64,000 nucleotides of DNA, taken from NCBI GenBank assembly GCA_951406725.2, contig OX597829.1, positions 47,678,001-47,742,000 on the forward strand, in the 5' to 3' direction. The notes below the pieces were generated by a model, which ran no database searches, was not told the origin of the DNA, and saw only the letters and a program-made list of their open reading frames with translations. The first letter of the stretch is position 1; each line of letters starts with the position of its first letter. The stretch is from Octopus vulgaris (Eukaryota). Below are positions 56,816-64,000 of this stretch, one piece after another. Made by a program: the position numbers and the translations under genes.

Positions 56816-57479
56816 GATACAGTTATGTTTGCACCAAGTCCATCCTTTCAAGATCGAAATAACTATGAGTTTAGAAATGCTGACCACTAGGTAATGATAA
56901 TTTAGATTAATTCGATTGGCTATTGGTTTGAAATTTAAATCACAAAAGAAATTATACGGTTGGTTAGTCAAGGAACGCCAATATTCACACGCGCATCTAC
57001 AGATCAATCGCACATACACACATAGTTATATGTATACACACACACTTATACACATACATAATCACAAGCAACAACTAGCACATAGATAAACAAAAAGGGA
57101 AGCAACTATGCTACCATTTAGTCCTTCAAAATTATAACTATGCCTCAAATAACGAAAATGAACCACTCATGCATTTCATAAAATATTTAATTTAAAGATA
57201 GAAATATATTTTTAAATATATATATATATATACATATATACATGTGTGTACATATACACATATATACATGTGTGTGGGTCTTTGTGTCTGTGTTGTTTGT
57301 ACCCCAACACCACTTGACAACCGATGCTGGTGTATTTACGTCTCCGTAGACTAGCGATTCGGCAAAAAGAGACCGATAGAATAAGTACTAGGCTCAACAA
57401 ATAAGTACTGAGAGTAAAAACTCTTCGCGGTGATGTCCCAGCATGACCGCAGTCTAATGACTGAAACAAGATAAAACAT

Positions 57480-57770
57480 TCCTTAAACATGCATCTTCAT
57501 TCATAATTCAAACCGAGGCCTCGAATGTGTCCCGCAATGAGTATATGCAAATCTTATTGCATTCTAGAACTAGAAAACTCTATCGCTTCGCATACACAGA
57601 GAACATCATTGCAGTACAATGCACTATCGATCATGTGCAGCACGCAACTAGATTCTTCTCTACCCGGAACATCAGCCCTTTGGAATTCCCTACCTGCTCA
57701 TTTTTTCCCGCAGATGTTGACTTACAAAGGCCCAACAAGAACATTAATAACATCAACCTCACTGTCCGAG
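57480..57770 (+). pseudogene. CR1/L2-group LINE C-terminal fragment
   Basis: PGTSALWNSLPAHFFP followed by frameshifted FPADVDLQRPNKNINNINL. Confidence 0.65.
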
Positions 57771-57989
57771 AATGCTTTGTGTACTCACAGCTCCCTTTTC
57801 TACTAGTTTTGTGTGGCCGAACAACGGAGATCACCTATTTGTTACCACGACCTACTGGAAAGAGAAGTCAAATTTCCTCCAAATTGCCAATCGATGTTGA
57901 TTTGCCTCCAAATTACCAATCGATGTAATAAACTCCACTAATTACATGATTACTAAGGTGGTGCTTCTGCATGTTGACCGCGATCGAAG

Positions 57990-59040
57990 ACCAGAAATAG
58001 AAATATTAATAGAAAACAGAAGGCCGGCTGTTTTGATCGTGCACAAGATAGAAAGAAAATGTGACATTATTGACGTAGCAAACCCCAGGAACAAGAATAT
58101 GAAAAGCAAAATGGAAGATAATGTGATCAACTATTGCAAACTAAGAAGAGAACTGAAAAGATATCGAACTTAAATGAAACAAGTTTAACTCCGATCATTG
58201 TTGACAGATTTGGAATGGTAACGATAAAACGATTAACGTCGCCCTTTTCAAGCCTAGCCAGGCTCATGGGCCCAGTTTACCAGCTTCTGTGGCGTATGTG
58301 TTCCCCACAGCTGGACGGGACGCCAGTTCATTGCAGCGTTACCCAAGAAACAGGAAGAGAGAGTGAGAGAAAGTTGGGGCGAAAGAGTACAACAGGGGTC
58401 GCCGCCACCCCCTGCCGGAGCCTCGTGGAGCTTTTAGGTGTTTTCGCTCAATAAACACACACAACGACCGGTCTGGGAATCGAAACCGCGATCCTCCGAC
58501 CTCGAGTCCGCTGCTCTAACAACTGGGCTATTGCGCCTCCACACTGCGCCCTTTTAAAGCCTAGCCAGACTCACGGATCCGGTTTCCCGGTTTCAATGGC
58601 GTATGTGTTTCCCAGCTGGACGGGACGCCAGTCCACCGCAGCGTTACTCATTTTTGCCAGCTGAGTGGACTGGAGCAACGTGAAATGAAGTGTTTTGCTC
58701 AAGAACACAACGCGTCGCCCGGTCCAGGAATCGAAACCACAATCTTACGATCATGGTGCTGACGCCCTAACCACTAAGCCACGCGCCTCTACATGGAATG
58801 GTAACAACCAGTCTTAAATCCTGATAAGATATGTTACACGGAGCTTCTGCAGAAAGTTTCATTATCTGGAAAAGTAAGGATCATAAGAAGAGTTTTTGAG
58901 ACCAAAAGCTGTTGGTTGTAGTTTTCTCTCAGGGAAAAATTATTCCAGTTCAACATGTTCCCATCGGGATAACTTAGTAATAAACAACAACAACGACCAC
59001 GATGACAGCAACAATAAAAATAATAATAATAACTACTAAA
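57990..59040 (+). pseudogene. R4/Dong-type LINE 3' end (restriction-like endonuclease) interrupted by SINEs
   Basis: IENRRPAVLIVHKIERKCDIIDVANP...YCKLRRELKR...; resumes after 58794 with ELLQKVSLSGKVRIIRRVFET; degenerate (TAA/CAA)n tail. Confidence 0.7.
58223..58793 (-). mobile_element. Two tandem SINE B-type elements within one 12-bp TSD
   Basis: TGGAATGGTAAC at 58211-58222 and 58794-58805. Confidence 0.8.
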
Positions 59041-59607
59041 AATCACGCTTTGGGTGTGGTGCATCAATTATAACTAAGGTGTGATCTAAATGTGTTTAAT
59101 TGAAGGTAACTAGTATTATTTTGTAATTCAGAAAAATAGGTGAACTTTTATAGATTAACAGACAAGTAAAAATGAGTCAGCATGGGAATAATAGTTTACT
59201 GAAAAGTATTACGCAAAATATATTTTACATTTTTTCAGAAGCAAACGAAGGATATGGTGCATTTGACCCTATACATATGGCAGTCATATCTTCGATAAAT
59301 CATGCTTTGCCATTTTATATATATATATATATGGAATGGCTGCATTAAATGTTGTTAAACCCAGAAACAACTAAAACGACAAGGATGTTCACCGCTGAAA
59401 CGTCTTTGATCAAAGGCTCTCTTAACACAACGTTGACCGAGGTTTAAGAGATAAGAATTATATTAGATGACGCTTAAAGAAAATTTATATGTATATATAT
59501 ATATATATATACCTAACAAATGACAAGGTTTGCACTCAAGACACCTCGTTTATCGCATCTGAACAGGGACTCTGGTAGATGAACTGGGTTGTTTTCATTG
59601 CATTAGA

Positions 59608-59935
59608 CCAGTAGTTCTCAGTTGTGGTCCATATAAACCCCAGGCAATCCATTGACAATTTGGGGGGGGGGGGGGGGTCCATACAAATTTTTTAATGGTC
59701 CATGAACAAGTTTGGCTTGAGATGTATTTATTATTTATTGCAAGAGAGCTCAGTTCCTTTCTCTAACATTTTACATAGTTCAAACTACACAAGTTTATGT
59801 ATGAAAAACAAAGCGGGCATTTTAAAAGAGGTATCTATAAAATTAGTTTTTAAACTTTTAGTGGTGATGATGGTCCACAAGAATAAAATAGTAATGAAAG
59901 GGGTCCACAGATAATAAATGGCTGAGAACCTTTGC
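59608..59935. mobile_element. hAT-like MITE
   Basis: CAGTAGTTCTCAG / CTGAGAACC terminal similarity. Confidence 0.5.
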
Positions 59936-60034
59936 TTTTGATGTATGCATTTGTATGAATTGCAAGAAACAGCCAGATTTCTTTCTCTAACGTTATACAT
60001 AGTTCAAACTACACATATATATATATATACATAT

Positions 60035-60631
60035 GTGGTTGTGTGGTAAGAAACTTGTTCCCTAACCACATTGTTCCGGGTTCAGTCCTACTACGCAGCA
60101 CCTTCAACAAATGTCTACACTATAGCCTCGGGCTGACCAAATCTTTGTGAATGGACTTCGTTGACGGAAACTGAAAGAAGCTCGTCTTATATATATATAG
60201 ATATGAATGTACGTATGTATGTATATATATATATATATATATATACGTTTTTCTGTGTATATGTGTGTGTATGTGTCATTTTGTGCATGTGCCCCCCACC
60301 ATCGCTTGACAACTGGTCCTGATGTGTTTGCATTCCCTTAAGGAGCAACAGAATAAATACCAGGTTTAAGAAAAAACAAAAATGTACCGGAATCGATCCA
60401 TTCGGCTAGAAAATTCTCCAAAGCGGTGTCCCAGCATGGCTGCAGTCTAATGACTGAAACAGATGAAAGAGAAAAGATTATGGCTGTGTGGTAAGTAGCT
60501 TGCTTCCTAAGCACATGGTTCCGGATTCAGTCACACTGCATGGCACTTTGGGCAAATGCCTTCTACTATAGTCTCGGACCGACCAACGTTTTGTGAGTGG
60601 ATTTGGTAGACGGAAACTGAAACAAACTGTC

Positions 60632-60635
<4 letters not shown>
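60035..60635 (+). mobile_element. SINE A (older) followed by a second SINE A head
   Basis: Family A motifs at 60035-60475 and 60480-60635. Confidence 0.75.
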
Positions 60636-60682
<47 letters not shown>

Positions 60683-60685
<3 letters not shown>

Positions 60686-60875
60686 TTACCTTTCTTACCT
60701 GTCTGTGTTTGCCTTCAAGTACTGAGATTAGTCGACTGCTATTTCTAAATTCGCAATTCGTTGCTAAACCCTTAATTACTTAGTATTACAAATTTTCCTC
60801 GAATGGGGCTTTTACATGCAAATCCTTGTTAATTGATAATTATCCCTAATTAATTAATTTCACCCTTTATTATTA

Positions 60876-60880
<5 letters not shown>
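60683..60880. repeat. Deleted, circularly permuted copy of the 589-bp unit
   Basis: Matches ~4120-4277, then continues through the reverse complement of 3250-3147 across the unit junction; (TA)n flanks. Confidence 0.75.
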
Positions 60881-60925
<45 letters not shown>

Positions 60926-60931
<6 letters not shown>

Positions 60932-61195
60932 TAGTTATCGCCAAGCTAACATGGAAGTGCAGAAAAATATAGGACGAATGCTGCCGTTAATTAGCTCCAA
61001 GAGGCCTGAAACTAGTCTGCAGATGCCTGACCAGCAAGGGGAAGCTGCTGACTTCCCCTGTTCGAAGGTTATAATGGACACAGGTTCGTGTGTCACATAG
61101 CTAGCTAGAGGCGATGGCCTTTTGGAGCTAATGAACAGCAGCATTCGTCCTATTTTTCTAGACTGCCATGTTAGCTTGGCGATAACTATTAATAT
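60926..61195. repeat. Fold-back element with ~80-bp imperfect inverted arms
   Basis: ATTAATAGTTATCGCCAAGCTAACATGG... versus ...CCATGTTAGCTTGGCGATAACTATTAAT. Confidence 0.75.
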
Positions 61196-61227
61196 CCAGT
61201 ACTGCTGCCGTTAGAGAAACTTAGAAC

Positions 61228-61259
<32 letters not shown>

Positions 61260-61285
61260 TGTATGTATATATGTATGTATATATG

Positions 61286-61319
<34 letters not shown>

Positions 61320-61777
61320 TGTATGTATGTATGTATGTATGTATGTATGTATGTATGTACGTATGTATGTATGTGTGTGTCTGTGTTTGTATACGTTTAT
61401 GTGTCTGTGTTTGTCCCCACCATCATCGCTTGAGAACCGATGCTGGTGTGTTTACGTCCTCGTAACTTAGCGGTTCGGCAAAAGAGCCCGATAGAATAAG
61501 TACTAGGCTTACAAAGACTAAGTCCTGCGGTCGATCTGTTCGACTAAAGGCGGTGCTCCAGCATGGCCGCATTCAAATGACTGAAACAAGTAAAAGAAAA
61601 AAAAGAATAAAAGAATATATATTTGAAAAAGGAAAAGAATGAGTTTACTGTTAGTTCTAATCAATTTAATTTTCTGATAATATAATTTTACAGTTCGGTT
61701 TTTAAATCTAGTTGTTTTGAATGCTTCGGAACTAAAATATTAATTCCTTATTAAGAATTTGTATACATTGTATACAT

Positions 61778-62180
61778 AGGCGCAGGAGTGGCTGTGTGGT
61801 AAGTAGCTTGCTAACCAACCACATGGTTCCGGGTTCAGTCCCACTGCGTGACATCTTGGGCAAGTGTCTTCTGCTATAGCCCCGGGCCGACCAATGCCTT
61901 GTGAGTGGATTTGGTAGACGGAAACTGAAAGAAGCCTGTCGTATATATGTATATATATATGTATGTGTGTGTGTGTGTATTTGTGTTTGTCCCCCTAGCA
62001 TTGCTTGACAACCGATGCTGGTGTGTTTACGTCCCCCGTCACTTAGCGGTTCGGCAAAAGAGACCGATAAAATAAGTACTGGGCTTACAAAGAATAAGTC
62101 CCGGGATCGATTTGCTCGACTAAAGGTGGTGCTCCAGCATGGCCGCAGTCAAATGACTGAAACAAGTAAAAGAGTAAGAG
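61778..62180 (+). mobile_element. SINE family A, full length, young (A tail also at 61400-61615)
   Basis: Reverse complement of 12780-13187. Confidence 0.9.
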
Positions 62181-63484
62181 CATTGCTTCTTCTTCAATTA
62201 CGTCTGGACTTTTCTCACATCTAATTTGGTGTATTCTGTCATAGAACAATGCATTATTATTTCTCTATTCTTACCATTTACAATCTTTCTGATTGTGATA
62301 AGGTGTCAAAGTTTTATGCTGCACATTATACTCTAGGAAACTAGTATCTGTTCACCTTAAAATGTAGGCAGAACACTTTATTAGTTTTCTCCCTCTCTTG
62401 CTCTCTCTCTCTCTATCTATCTATCTATCTCTCGCTTTCCCTCTCTCTCCTCCCTCCCTCTCTCAGTAGACAGCAATATAAAATAAAGTTGGTTTTCTTC
62501 TGTTAATGTACTCCTTTTCTCTAACAAGGTTTGCATCTCTCATTTCACGTATGTTGTACCACTTCATCGCATTTACATTTAGCCATAGCCAGTATGTTAA
62601 ATTTTCTCGACTTTTCCACAAGGGATAATCTTCACTGCAGATAATGTGAATTTTTATCCTTTAACATTTTACATCTATCTTTAAAGCACATCTTTATTAG
62701 CATATATTCACATTTGCTCACATATATATTCATAGGCACATGTTTATAATCTTTCTCCTTAGTATTTTTAAATCCTTGCATTTTAACCTTATCTGAAATG
62801 TGTCATACACTTAATCTGCTATCATATAGCTTTCATCTGCAATTTTATGAAGATTTTAACATTCAAGTGGCTCCAACCAGGATTAATTCTGAAGCTAGGA
62901 TTTATCCAAACGTAAAAAATGTTTTTTTAGATTGATTTGGAAATTTCAGTAGAAATTTTGATACATATCTTTGTAAGTCTAATATAAGATTTATCTGAAA
63001 AGAAAAAATATGTTTAGTCATTAACAATTGACTATATATGCTTTAACAATGAAATTATTAATAAGAAATTAATATTTTATTTCTGAAACATTCAAAACAA
63101 CTAGATCTAAAAACCAAACGGTAAAATTATATTATTAGAAAGTTAAATTGATTAGAACTACCAGTGAACTCATGCTTTCTCTCTTTTCTCTTTTACAAGG
63201 ATTCCACACATTTTCCAATATAAGTATGTGTGTGTGTGTACACATATGCATATATATATATACAAGTACTTGGAAAAGGATGCTTGGCGATCATATAATA
63301 ATATTAATAATATATAAATATATGCATATATACATATATGTACATACCTACATCTATATTCATATATACATGCATGTATATATACATATAAATGTAGTTA
63401 TGTCCATATATGTATGTATATATGCATATATTTATATATAAATTATATTTTATATATATGTGTGTGTGTGTATATGTATATATA

Positions 63485-63531
<47 letters not shown>

Positions 63532-63565
63532 ATATATGTACATATATGCATATCTATATATTAAT

Positions 63566-63856
63566 ATCACCGTGATCACCGTGACCGACCAGGCTATCAG
63601 ATGTTGTTACACATCGCTGGTCACAATGCGCTTCGCATTGTTTTTTAGCCTTCAAATGACGCCACCCCGCTGGCTAAGCGAGCAGGCCAGCAGAAGAAAG
63701 AGTGAGAGAAAGCTGTGGCGAAAGAGTACAGCAGGGGTCGCCACCACCCCCTGCCGGAGCCTCGTGGAGCTGTAGGTGTTTTCGCTCAATAAACACTCAC
63801 AACGCCCGGTCTGGGAATCGAAACCGCGATCCTACGACCGCTACCCTAACCACTCG

Positions 63857-63860
<4 letters not shown>
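63566..63860 (-). mobile_element. tRNA-headed SINE, B-related subfamily
   Basis: Minus head ATGGCCGAGTGGTTAGG...GGTTTCGATTCCC; body shared with 58340-58543 and 5230-5390. Confidence 0.75.
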
Positions 63861-63896
<36 letters not shown>

Positions 63897-63920
63897 TACA
63901 CAACCGTATATATGCACATA

Positions 63921-63977
<57 letters not shown>

Positions 63978-64000
63978 GCACACCCACCTGGTAACACAAA

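Noticed and set aside
61000-61025. GAAAC-TA-GTC palindrome in the fold-back element (also GAAACGTC at ~59396)
   Set aside because: No CUGANGA-like core or stem I upstream.
62480-63000. Coding-like minus-strand segment after a strong splice acceptor
   Set aside because: Stops appear in the frames checked within about 30 codons; no recognisable homology.

Overview
AT-rich, microsatellite- and transposon-dense eukaryotic DNA, most likely an octopus (coleoid cephalopod) intergenic or intronic region, judged from recognisable SINE families rather than a search. No intact host gene is evident. Almost all ORFs in the track are (TA)n/(TG)n/(TATG)n/(TAA)n artefacts or SINE read-throughs. Real coding remnants are decayed Tc1 and mariner transposases, L2/CR1-group LINE 3' ends and R4/Dong-type LINE fragments. 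Also present are three SINE families, Helitron-like and hAT MITEs, and a ~2.8-kb chimeric tandem array (17.8-27.3 kb). The most striking signal is about a dozen minimal type I hammerhead ribozyme motifs (CUGANGA or variant core, stem II, GAAAC, palindromic loop, GUH). They lie in several unrelated non-coding elements, often next to (TA)n tracts, arranged as tandem or fold-back copies, an architecture resembling Penelope-like element pseudo-LTRs or retrozymes. Coordinates were read by eye and may be off by a few bases.
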